From a virus (taxonomy: Duplodnaviria > Caudoviricetes): DNA of 31,726 nucleotides. The translations under genes were made by a program, and so were the position numbers. The DNA is taken from positions 1-31,726 of IMG/VR virus record IMGVR_UViG_3300033067_000056. One strand, given 5' to 3'. Shown here in pieces: positions 8,564 to 17,051 of this stretch. Each line of letters starts with the position of its first letter. Positions within the stretch are counted from its first letter, which is position 1. The notes beneath the pieces were generated by a model that was given only the letters and a program-made list of their open reading frames with translations, did no database searches and was not told the origin of the DNA.

Positions 8564-9969
8564 TCGCCGGCCTTATATTCACCTTCAAAAGATTTAGTCC
8601 ATGAAACATTGTTCCAGTAGTACTGAATTCTTTTACCATTGTATATATTAGTTTGATACAGGTCTTGGTCGGGTTCTTGAGCGTTAAATACTACTTGCCA
8701 ATTTACACCATCATACTCGATAATGTCGTTAGCATAAGCAGTAAAGTTACCCCAAGCATCTGTATTTTGAGGGATGTCCTCGATGATTAGGAAACGATCA
8801 CCGGCAGTTTCGCCAGTCATACCATGTCCAGGATACACTTTAGTTGGATCAATAATAGCATCAAATGTACCTAGTTCTCTGCCGCCGTTTGCACTACGGT
8901 CACCCGGTGATGGTAAATCATCATTAGGGTTTACATTAATCCAGTCACCGCTGATGATTAGTTGAGTAGGATCTGTTAAGTCAATACCAACATACCCCCA
9001 AATTTCACCGCCGCCGGGTTGTACTAGAATTAGTTTACTTGATCCAGGTACAAATTGTCCAGGGTACTGAGAAAATACAGTGTCCCATGCAATTGGTGTC
9101 CCTTGTCTAATAGCAATTTCTAAACTAGGCGCTCTAGGCAGTGCGTTTTCAGTTGCACCCATAACAGCAATGTACTTGTCGTAGACTTGGATACCAAAGT
9201 CGCTGATAGTAACAACATCTCTAGTTAGTTGATCGCTCATGGTAGTTGTACCGCCAGACAGGTCGTTGCCGTAACTGTCAACACCAGTCCAACCACTATC
9301 GGCAGCACCAAAGATACTAGTAATGACACTAGTAATGACACCAAGATGCTTGACCTTAACTGGAGGACTTAACCAGATAGGAGTTTCCAAATTCATTGTA
9401 GCAATAGAGATAGCCGAGTCTGCACCTTGAGGAACTTGTCTACTATCCCATACAAGGTCTTTAAGTTCTAAAACTGTTAAACTTGTCCAGTCAATGTAGT
9501 TGTCACTAGTTTGTAATTCTAAACTAGGATTAAACAAGACTAGTAGCTGTTCAAGAATTTGTAACTTTTGATCAGTGTTGGCCGCCCATATATCAACTTT
9601 CATAGTTAAAGTAAAAGGAGTAGGCATCAAGCGTTCGACTGTGTAATTCTTACCTTGACTATTTAGGTATTCGTTGTTATCAGAGTCGTAAGCTCTTTCT
9701 CGAATATGTAACTTACCAATGTGTGTAGCGTCTGCTAATCTTGCACGGTCCATTGATAGTCCACTAACATATACTGCAATGCGTGGAGTTGAGTTAACTG
9801 CGTTCTCTGAGTTTTGTCTAATGATAGCCGCAACTTGTCTGTCTTGATCTCCGTACATTACTGGAATTCTGTGTAATGTACCATCGCCATATTTTACTGT
9901 GAAGTTACTCAACGCACGAATAGTCTGCGTGATATATCTTCTAATTTGTCCGTCATAAAAATGAAGCAT
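8545..9969 (-). CDS. gp15: Tail terminator / sheath stabilizer, T4 gp15-like, with C-terminal extension
   Basis: N-terminus HFYDGQIRRY...IPVMYG...PRI...PTPFTL...DQKLQILEQLLVLFNP matches the gp15 pattern; adjacent to the gp14- and gp13-like genes. Confidence 0.8.
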   Translation of the reverse strand: MLHFYDGQIRRYITQTIRALSNFTVKYGDGTLHRIPVMYGDQDRQVAAIIRQNSENAVNSTPRIAVYVSGLSMDRARLADATHIGKLHIRERAYDSDNNEYLNSQGKNYTVERLMPTPFTLTMKVDIWAANTDQKLQILEQLLVLFNPSLELQTSDNYIDWTSLTVLELKDLVWDSRQVPQGADSAISIATMNLETPIWLSPPVKVKHLGVITSVITSIFGAADSGWTGVDSYGNDLSGGTTTMSDQLTRDVVTISDFGIQVYDKYIAVMGATENALPRAPSLEIAIRQGTPIAWDTVFSQYPGQFVPGSSKLILVQPGGGEIWGYVGIDLTDPTQLIISGDWINVNPNDDLPSPGDRSANGGRELGTFDAIIDPTKVYPGHGMTGETAGDRFLIIEDIPQNTDAWGNFTAYANDIIEYDGVNWQVVFNAQEPDQDLYQTNIYNGKRIQYYWNNVSWTKSFEGEYKAGEWRLEL

Positions 9970-11138
9970 TATACATCCGCCTGCGGTTTAAGTTTAAGAG
10001 CATGTGAAAGACTTTGTCTTTCTTCAATAACATCGCCACCGATGGTATTTGTAGTTGTGTTGTTAATGAAACTAGTTTTAAGAGTCTGTCTAGTATCGTT
10101 GTTGGTCATAGTCATACGCACATTGTCTTCCATCTTAACCCAACGCAGTCCGTCATATCGAAATAGTCTGTTAGGCAAGAAGTCATTGCGTAAGAAGTAA
10201 TCGTCTTTGGTAGCACCGTCTGGGAACTGCGGCCCTAATCCAAAGGCAGCGCCGTTCATTGGAATGCCGTCGCCTAACAAGTAACCACTGTAACCGTTGC
10301 GCTCAGGCGCAGGTGCAGTTGTTGCAGATAACAGCGCAGAGCTAGCATCAATTGTAGCCGCATCAGCAGTAGTTAATAAAGTTTTGCCATTAGCATCTAC
10401 TGCTAGGGTATAGAACTGTCTAGTTTCATATCCGCTCATTGGAGCATCAGCTTCTGCTTGATTTAAAATAGCATCATTAATTTCTAATTCTTTAGCACGA
10501 GTACTTAGAACGCTTTCTAAGGTAACACCTTCTACTGGATCGCCGTTGGCATCTAATACAGTCTGTTTAAGAATGTCGTCATACTGTTGACCGCCAGTGA
10601 TCTTTTTAAGTTTTAATCTATACAAGTGTGGGAACCAAGTTGAGCTAAAGCCTTCGCTAGCACGGCCCACATCTTCAATTACATAATAGCGAGGTAGTGC
10701 AAAGTCGTGATCGCTAAGTGCGAACTGATCACGCAAGTGCGGTAACTCTAGTACATCGCCGCTAATAGGCTTACGACCAATATACTTGATAAAGTCGTTA
10801 ATGTGTACTGTCATGAATAGTGTGTCATTGTCGATAAACAAACCAAATTGACTTAGGTTAAAGTCGATGTTCTGTACATTATACAAGCCACGAATAGTGT
10901 ACACACTCTCATCGTATTTTCTATCACGATTTTCTAAGAACAACAAATCTTGAATATTTGTCGGACTTTGTACATCGTAAACAGGCTGATCTACAGTACC
11001 TGTTTCAGGGCTTTTAGGGCCCAGGTATTTGTGGAGGTAAACATCAGTTCCGCCCGCCTGAAACATTTCTGAAATCTGACGGTCGATGAACTTGTAGTCG
11101 TTCCCTCGTTCTGGTTTGTATAAGGATAATCGTGGCAT
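9969..11138 (-). CDS. gp14: Neck / head-closure protein, T4 gp14-like
   Basis: G.DVYLHKY, DLLFLE, LSQFGLFID.D.LF, P..GDVLELP pattern; located between the gp13- and gp15-like genes. Confidence 0.7.
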   Translation of the reverse strand: MPRLSLYKPERGNDYKFIDRQISEMFQAGGTDVYLHKYLGPKSPETGTVDQPVYDVQSPTNIQDLLFLENRDRKYDESVYTIRGLYNVQNIDFNLSQFGLFIDNDTLFMTVHINDFIKYIGRKPISGDVLELPHLRDQFALSDHDFALPRYYVIEDVGRASEGFSSTWFPHLYRLKLKKITGGQQYDDILKQTVLDANGDPVEGVTLESVLSTRAKELEINDAILNQAEADAPMSGYETRQFYTLAVDANGKTLLTTADAATIDASSALLSATTAPAPERNGYSGYLLGDGIPMNGAAFGLGPQFPDGATKDDYFLRNDFLPNRLFRYDGLRWVKMEDNVRMTMTNNDTRQTLKTSFINNTTTNTIGGDVIEERQSLSHALKLKPQADV

Positions 11139-11143
11139 AATGA

Positions 11144-11163
11144 TATTTATCGTAAGATAAATA
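11144..11163. promoter_or_regulatory. Back-to-back divergent late-type promoters (GATAAATA on each strand)
   Basis: TATTTATC-GTAA-GATAAATA lies between the divergent gp14 and gp13 genes and resembles the T4 late promoter TATAAATA. Confidence 0.75.
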
Positions 11164-11179
11164 TGTATGGAGAACTAAT

Positions 11180-11947
11180 ATGTCAGATTCTACATCATTA
11201 ATTGAACGCAACAAGGTATTTGAGTATGTCCGCACGATGCTGGGCGACGGCATGGTTGAGGTAGAACTAGACCCTAAGCATTACGAAACCGCGCTTACTC
11301 GTGCGCTAACACGCTACAGACAGCGCAGTCCTAATGCTGTTGAAGAAAGTTACAGTTTTCTAGAGTTAATTCAGGATCAAAACGAGTATCGTTTACCGGA
11401 TGAAATTATTGAAGTACAAAGTGTATTTCGTAGAGCAATCGGTTCACGCAGTGGTTTGGGTGCAGGCGGAACATTGTTCGAGCCGTTCAACTTGGCGTAC
11501 ACAAACACATACTTGATGAGTGGAACTATGATGGGCGGCCTGGCAACATACGAACTATTTGCAGGATATCAAAAGTTAGTAGGTCGTATGTTTGGTAGCT
11601 ACATTGAATTTAAATGGAAGCCTACAAGCCATATTTTAAACATCCTACAACGCCCGTTTGCACAAGGTGAACAGATCCTAATTAAGTCTCACAACTATCG
11701 CCCTGATTTTGTACTACTTACAGATATCTACGCAAAACAATGGTTGTACGATTACACCCTAGCAGTATGTAAACAGCAACTAGGACAAGCCCGTAGCAAG
11801 TTTGGTAGTATTGCAGGCCCTGGCAGTTCGATTACCCTAAACGGTTCAGCCCTGCTAGCCGAAGCAAAAGAAGAACTAGCAGCCTTGGACAAAGAGCTCG
11901 AAACATACATTGCAGGTGGTACTGGTTACAGTTTTGTAATTGGTTAA
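11180..11947 (+). CDS. gp13: Neck protein / head-tail adaptor, T4 gp13-like
   Basis: LG...VEVEL N-terminus and WLYDYTLAVCKQQLGQARSKF...G.ITLNG..L..EA..E C-terminus; GGAG RBS. Confidence 0.85.
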   Translation: MSDSTSLIERNKVFEYVRTMLGDGMVEVELDPKHYETALTRALTRYRQRSPNAVEESYSFLELIQDQNEYRLPDEIIEVQSVFRRAIGSRSGLGAGGTLFEPFNLAYTNTYLMSGTMMGGLATYELFAGYQKLVGRMFGSYIEFKWKPTSHILNILQRPFAQGEQILIKSHNYRPDFVLLTDIYAKQWLYDYTLAVCKQQLGQARSKFGSIAGPGSSITLNGSALLAEAKEELAALDKELETYIAGGTGYSFVIG

Positions 11948-11954
11948 CTAATAT

Positions 11955-11984
11955 TTGCTCTCCTAGTACAGGTTGCTATATACT
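11955..11984 (+). promoter_or_regulatory. Possible sigma70-type promoter for the dNMP kinase gene, inside an inverted repeat
   Basis: TTGCTC-N18-TATACT upstream of AGGAG and ATG 12008. Confidence 0.45.
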
Positions 11985-12007
11985 AGCAAAACTACTAGGA
12001 GATTCTT

Positions 12008-12688
12008 ATGATTATTGGTGTATGCGGCTTCATTGGCAGTGGTAAAGATACTATTGCAGATTACCTTACTAACTTCCACGGATTCCGACGAGAAAGCTTC
12101 GCCAATACATTAAAAGATGCAGTTGCCCAAGTTTTTGGCTGGGATAGAACAATGCTAGAAGGGCGCACTAAGCAAGCTCGTGAATGGCGTGAACAAGTGG
12201 ATCCATGGTGGGCAGAACGCTTGAACATGCCAGATCTAACTCCACGATTAGTACTACAGCTTTGGGGTACAGAAGTTTGTCGTAAAGGCTTCCATGATGA
12301 CATTTGGATTGCCAGCTTAGAAAACAAGCTACGCACTAGCACAGACGATATTGTTATTAGTGACTGCCGTTTTCCTAACGAAATTAAATCAATTAAAAAT
12401 GCAGGTGGTATTGTTATCCGTGTAAAGCGTGGCGATGAGCCAGAATGGTACAAAGATGCTGCCGATATGAACGCCGGTGATCGTTGCTTAAATTATGCCC
12501 TAGCTAAAAGTAGAATGTCTAAGCTAGGAATTCATGCTAGTGAAACAGCTTGGGTAGGCACTAAGTTCGATGCAGTCCTAACTAACGATGGCACTATTGA
12601 CGAACTAATGGCCAAGGTCAAAGGTCTGGTACAAGATCCCCTTGCTTCCAGCGAACCCCTTCCTTATGAAGAATCCGTTGGCAGTTAG
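12008..12688 (+). CDS. Deoxynucleoside monophosphate kinase, T4 gp1-like
   Basis: P-loop GFIGSGKDT, SFA..LK, PRLVLQLWGTE, ISDCRFPNE and HASE motifs. Confidence 0.9.
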   Translation: MIIGVCGFIGSGKDTIADYLTNFHGFRRESFANTLKDAVAQVFGWDRTMLEGRTKQAREWREQVDPWWAERLNMPDLTPRLVLQLWGTEVCRKGFHDDIWIASLENKLRTSTDDIVISDCRFPNEIKSIKNAGGIVIRVKRGDEPEWYKDAADMNAGDRCLNYALAKSRMSKLGIHASETAWVGTKFDAVLTNDGTIDELMAKVKGLVQDPLASSEPLPYEESVGS

Positions 12689-12944
12689 AACATACTGTTT
12701 TTAGATTAGCATGTCGGCAGTTGTTTAAATCACCGTCGACATGGAACACATTAAACACCTCGCTGTGTGGGCTTTTAAAACCACACTTGTCGCAGGTGTT
12801 TTTCTTTTTGTAGCTTGCTTGCTCCCATCTTGATGTTTTAACACCTCTAGCACATGGGCCGCACTGACTACGATAGAAGGGCTTACCTTCTTTATAGTAA
12901 TTAATAGCAACAGGATGCTTGCCGCAGGTGCATAAAGGTCTCAT
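12618..12944 (-). CDS. Small zinc-binding HNH endonuclease-like protein
   Basis: CxxC pairs plus HVDGDLNN..ANLKTVCSNC...H; CTTAAATA motif 5 nt upstream of the ATG. Confidence 0.75.
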   Translation of the reverse strand: MRPLCTCGKHPVAINYYKEGKPFYRSQCGPCARGVKTSRWEQASYKKKNTCDKCGFKSPHSEVFNVFHVDGDLNNCRHANLKTVCSNCQRILHKEGVRWKQGDLVPDL

Positions 12945-13009
12945 ACAAATATTTAAGCCTTTTTAGAACCTTTTCGCCGGCTGATATTAAGGTTAAAAAG
13001 CCAAAAACC

Positions 13010-13017
13010 TATAAATA
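13010..13017 (+). promoter_or_regulatory. T4-type late promoter TATAAATA upstream of the tail sheath gene
   Basis: Exact T4 late consensus, 33 nt before ATG 13051. Confidence 0.8.
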
Positions 13018-13050
13018 CAATTAGAACATGTATTCATGGAGATTAATAAT

Positions 13051-16000
13051 ATGGCTCAACTAAGTTCACCAGGCGTAAGCGTATCAGTAATAGATGAGAG
13101 TTTCTATACACCCGCTGCCCCAGGTACAACTCCTTTAATTATTGTTGCAACCGCCCAAGATAAATCAAACGGCGCAGGCACAGGAACAGCGGCAGGTACA
13201 CTTCAAGCAAACGCTGGTCAAGTATATTTGTTGACAAGTCAGAAAGATTTGTCAGATACTTTTGGTACTCCTGTTTTTAAGACTGATGCAAACAATAACC
13301 CAGTTCACGCAGGTGAACAAAACGAATTCGGTCTACAGGCAGCTTATAGCTTCTTAGGTGTGAGCAATCGCGCTTATGTTGTTCGTGCTGATGTTGACCT
13401 AACAGAATTAGACGCAAGTCCTGATGCACCGGCTGGTTTACCAGTTGACGGAACTTACTGGCTAGATACTGCTAACACATCATACGGTATTTTTGAATGG
13501 AATTCTGCCGCAGAAGATGTTACTGGCGGACAATCATTTGCAGTCAAGTATCCAACAGTGATTACTGACTCTGCAAAAACAACAGGTGGCGCACCTAAGC
13601 CAAGTATTGGCTCTATCGGTGATTACGCAGTTGTAGCTTTACCAGATGTTGACTTGATTAAAGTTTGGTACAAGAAGGCATTAACTGACACAGCCGCAGG
13701 TACATGGGTTGAAGTTGGTTCAACAGCATGGGTTAAGAGTCGTCCAGCAGTAGTTGGTTCAACAACTGTAGGCACACTTACTTCTTCAGAATCTTTAGAA
13801 CTAAACAGTGTTGTATTCACTGGGCACACAGCCCTAAGCACATTAGTAACAGAAATCAACGGTGGTTCAGCAACTGGTATTACAGCCGCAGCCATTAACG
13901 GTAAGTTAGAACTATACTCAACTGGTGTTGCTATTGGTGTTGCAGGCGACACTGGTATGCTTGCTGATCTAGGCATTGTTGCTGGTTCATACCTAGCACC
14001 AACATTAGCTCTTGCTCCACACTATCAAGTTCCTACATTCAAGCGTACTGATAACACTGGATCAGAAATTGGTCGTCCAACAGGTTCTGTATGGGTTAAG
14101 ACTACTGATCCAAATGCAGGTGCTCGTTGGAGAGTTAAGCGTTATAACGAAGCAACACAAGCATTCGTAGAATTAACATCACCATTGTATGCAAACAATC
14201 ATTCTGCACTTGCAGGCATTGATGCAACAGGTGGCGGTATCAACTTAGCAGTTGGAACAACTTATGTAAAATACAACGATGCAGGCAACAGCCCAGCACT
14301 TGCTAACTTTAAAGTTTATGCAAGAAGCGGCGTTGGCGCAACTGTAGTAAGTACTAAGACAATTAGCACACAATTTACAGCAGGTTCTGTATCATTTACA
14401 ATCGCAGAAAGTTTAGTTGGTTCATCAACTTTAGCTGATCCAATCACTGTATCATTTACAGCAGTTCATAGTGTTGCTGATGCGGCATTGTTAGCTGAAG
14501 CTATCAACAACGCAACTAATACAGATACAAACCAAGGTTTTGTAAACATCACAGCTGAAGCAGTTGGCGGTGTAGTAACAATTACACACAAGACTGGTGG
14601 AGATTTCTTAATCGCCGGCATGACTGGATTTACAAATACAGTATTTCCAATTGAAGTAACTGGTTCAAGAATTACAGTTGACCCAAGTGATTCTGGCAAT
14701 GCAACTAAAGCACTTGCATCACTATGGGAACCAGCAATTGATTATAATGCAGATTATACTCAAGGTCCTGAGCAACCAACAACTACAACTGCTGACGGCA
14801 AGTTATGGTATAACAGTATTGTTGACGAAGTTGATATCATGGTACATGATGGCGACACATGGGTTGGTTATGCAAACTACACTCAAAACTTAGGTGGTGG
14901 CGGCACTACTGACGCAAACGGTCCAATCGTTAGCGCAACCAAGCCTACTAAGCAGAGTGATGGCGCAACTGCACTAGCAAACGGCGATCTATGGATCGAC
15001 ACTAGTGACATTGAAAACTATCCTACAATTTACAAGTTCAACTACGCACTACAGAAGTGGGTATTAGTTGACAAGGCAGACCAGTCAACAGAAAGCGGTA
15101 TTTTATTCCGTGACGCTCGTGCAGGAACAACTGGTGGTACAGCTACCGTTGCTCCAACTGGTACTATCCAAGATTTGCTAACTAGCGATTTCTTAGACTT
15201 CGACGCACCAGATCCTGCACTATATCCAAAAGGTATGTTGCTATGGAACTTACGCCGTAGCGGATTCAATGTAAAACGCTTCGTTCGTGATTATGTAGAT
15301 GTAACTGGTGACAACCTTCGTCAAGGTGGTGAGTCAATGGGTGCATACTATCCAAATCGTTGGTTGTCAGAGGCAGCAAACGAAGAAGACGGTTCAGGTA
15401 CATTTGGCCGTAAAGCACAGCGTAAAGTTGTTGTACAAGCATTGCAAGCTCTTGTAAATGCTAACCAACAAATCCGTGATGAAGAAAGCCGTGTGTTTAA
15501 CTTAATTGCTTGCCCTGGTTATCCAGAGCTAGTAGGCGAAATGGTTTCATTGAACTACGATCGTGGCTTAACAGCATTCATCGTAGCTGATACTCCAGCT
15601 CGTTTAACACCAGATGCTACATCATTGAGCAACTGGGGTAACAACCAAGCAGGCGCATTGGAAGACAATGACAAGGGTCTAGTAAGCAGTGATGAATACT
15701 TAGGCTTCTTCTATCCATGGGGTTACACAAGTGACAACATTGGTAACAACATTGCTGTTCCACCAAGCCACATGATTCTACGCACTATTGCGTTGAACGA
15801 CCAAGTAGCTTATCCATGGTTTGCACCAGCAGGCACACGCCGCGGTGGTATTACTAACGCTACAGCAGTTGGGTACATTACAGGCGAAGGCGAGTTCCAG
15901 TCAGTTGCATTAAACAACGGACAGCGTGACACACTAGCAAGTATTAAAGTTAACCCAATTACATTCATTACTGGTACAGGTCTTGTTAACTACGGTCAGT

Positions 16001-16350
16001 ACACTCGTGCTAAGAACGCAAGTTCATTAGATCGTATTAATGTGGCTCGTTTAGTAATTTACTTGCGTAGACAGTTTGCACAGTTGGCTAAACCTTATGT
16101 GTTTGAACCTAACGATAAAATCACCCGTGATGAAATCAAAGGTGCCGCAGAAAGTTTACTACTAGAATTAGTAGGTCAACGAGCACTATACGACTATCTA
16201 GTTGTGTGTGATGAATCAAACAACACACCATCAAGAATTGATCGTAACGAATTATATCTAGATGTCGCTATTGAACCAGTTAAGGCTGTGGAATTCATTT
16301 ACATTCCATTACGCTTGAAGAACACTGGCGAAATCGCTGGCCTAGCATAA
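13051..16350 (+). CDS. gp18: Contractile tail sheath protein with large internal insertion domains
   Basis: LSSPGVSVSVIDES N-terminus; PWFAPAG..RG, VNPI, LDRINVARL, FEPND, CDESNN and P.KAVEFIYI C-terminal motifs; GGAG RBS before ATG 13051. Confidence 0.95.
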   Translation: MAQLSSPGVSVSVIDESFYTPAAPGTTPLIIVATAQDKSNGAGTGTAAGTLQANAGQVYLLTSQKDLSDTFGTPVFKTDANNNPVHAGEQNEFGLQAAYSFLGVSNRAYVVRADVDLTELDASPDAPAGLPVDGTYWLDTANTSYGIFEWNSAAEDVTGGQSFAVKYPTVITDSAKTTGGAPKPSIGSIGDYAVVALPDVDLIKVWYKKALTDTAAGTWVEVGSTAWVKSRPAVVGSTTVGTLTSSESLELNSVVFTGHTALSTLVTEINGGSATGITAAAINGKLELYSTGVAIGVAGDTGMLADLGIVAGSYLAPTLALAPHYQVPTFKRTDNTGSEIGRPTGSVWVKTTDPNAGARWRVKRYNEATQAFVELTSPLYANNHSALAGIDATGGGINLAVGTTYVKYNDAGNSPALANFKVYARSGVGATVVSTKTISTQFTAGSVSFTIAESLVGSSTLADPITVSFTAVHSVADAALLAEAINNATNTDTNQGFVNITAEAVGGVVTITHKTGGDFLIAGMTGFTNTVFPIEVTGSRITVDPSDSGNATKALASLWEPAIDYNADYTQGPEQPTTTTADGKLWYNSIVDEVDIMVHDGDTWVGYANYTQNLGGGGTTDANGPIVSATKPTKQSDGATALANGDLWIDTSDIENYPTIYKFNYALQKWVLVDKADQSTESGILFRDARAGTTGGTATVAPTGTIQDLLTSDFLDFDAPDPALYPKGMLLWNLRRSGFNVKRFVRDYVDVTGDNLRQGGESMGAYYPNRWLSEAANEEDGSGTFGRKAQRKVVVQALQALVNANQQIRDEESRVFNLIACPGYPELVGEMVSLNYDRGLTAFIVADTPARLTPDATSLSNWGNNQAGALEDNDKGLVSSDEYLGFFYPWGYTSDNIGNNIAVPPSHMILRTIALNDQVAYPWFAPAGTRRGGITNATAVGYITGEGEFQSVALNNGQRDTLASIKVNPITFITGTGLVNYGQYTRAKNASSLDRINVARLVIYLRRQFAQLAKPYVFEPNDKITRDEIKGAAESLLLELVGQRALYDYLVVCDESNNTPSRIDRNELYLDVAIEPVKAVEFIYIPLRLKNTGEIAGLA

Positions 16351-16367
16351 TCAACGGAGAATAATAA

Positions 16368-16979
16368 ATGTCAATTGCAAGTTTATCAAAATTTACAGTA
16401 CCGTTAGCTTCAGGCCAAAGTTCTAGCACACAGGGTATGTTAATGCCTAAATTAACATACCGCTTTAGAATTATGTTTGAAAACTTTGGTACTAGCGGTT
16501 CTACAACAGAACTAACAAAACAAGTAGCGAAAGCGGCTCGTCCAAGCGTGGACTTTCCAAATATTCCTATCGACTTATACAACAGCAAGGTTAACCTTGC
16601 TGGTAAGCCAAGCTGGAAGGAATTCACAATTAACCTACGCGACGACGTCACAGGCGCAGTAGCTAAGTTAGTTGGCGAACAACTACAGAAACAGTTTGAC
16701 TTCATGGAACAAAGTTCTGCGGCTTCAGGCGGTAACTACAAGTTTACCACATCTATCGAAATGTTAGACGGTGGTAACGGTGGTAATGCTCCTGTTGTTT
16801 TAGAGCGTTGGGAATGTTATGGTTGCTACCTAAGAGCAGCAAACTATCAAACTTTAGATTACTCTGCAACTACACCGCAGATGATTGATCTAACAATCCA
16901 ACCAGACAACTGCGTTCAAGTAATTAACAACGCGGCAGGTCAACGAGGAACAGCGGCTACATTAAGTGGCGGCAAGTAA
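16368..16979 (+). CDS. gp19: Tail tube protein
   Basis: Directly follows the sheath gene; about 200 aa; RFRIMF, ARPS, LAGKPSW..FTINLRDD, W...GC and LDYS tube-like motifs. Confidence 0.85.
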   Translation: MSIASLSKFTVPLASGQSSSTQGMLMPKLTYRFRIMFENFGTSGSTTELTKQVAKAARPSVDFPNIPIDLYNSKVNLAGKPSWKEFTINLRDDVTGAVAKLVGEQLQKQFDFMEQSSAASGGNYKFTTSIEMLDGGNGGNAPVVLERWECYGCYLRAANYQTLDYSATTPQMIDLTIQPDNCVQVINNAAGQRGTAATLSGGK

Positions 16980-16981
16980 AG

Positions 16982-17004
16982 AAAGGCCGTAAAGGCCTTT
17001 TTTT
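16982..17004 (+). terminator. Intrinsic terminator after the tail tube gene
   Basis: AAAGGCC-GTAAA-GGCCTTT followed by a T run. Confidence 0.85.
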
Positions 17005-17038
17005 ATGGTTTTTAGTTAACTACATAGTTAATTCGTTC

Positions 17039-17046
17039 GATAAATA
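17039..17046 (+). promoter_or_regulatory. Late-type promoter GATAAATA
   Basis: Downstream of a terminator and 5 nt before ATG 17052. Confidence 0.7.
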
Positions 17047-17051
17047 TTAGT

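Noticed and set aside
11044-11253. 69-aa - strand ORF across the gp14/gp13 junction
   Set aside because: It overlaps both real genes and the divergent promoter, with no RBS support.
12959-13000. Imperfect inverted repeat between the HNH and sheath promoters
   Set aside because: Low-complexity A/T arms with a bulge; could be chance.
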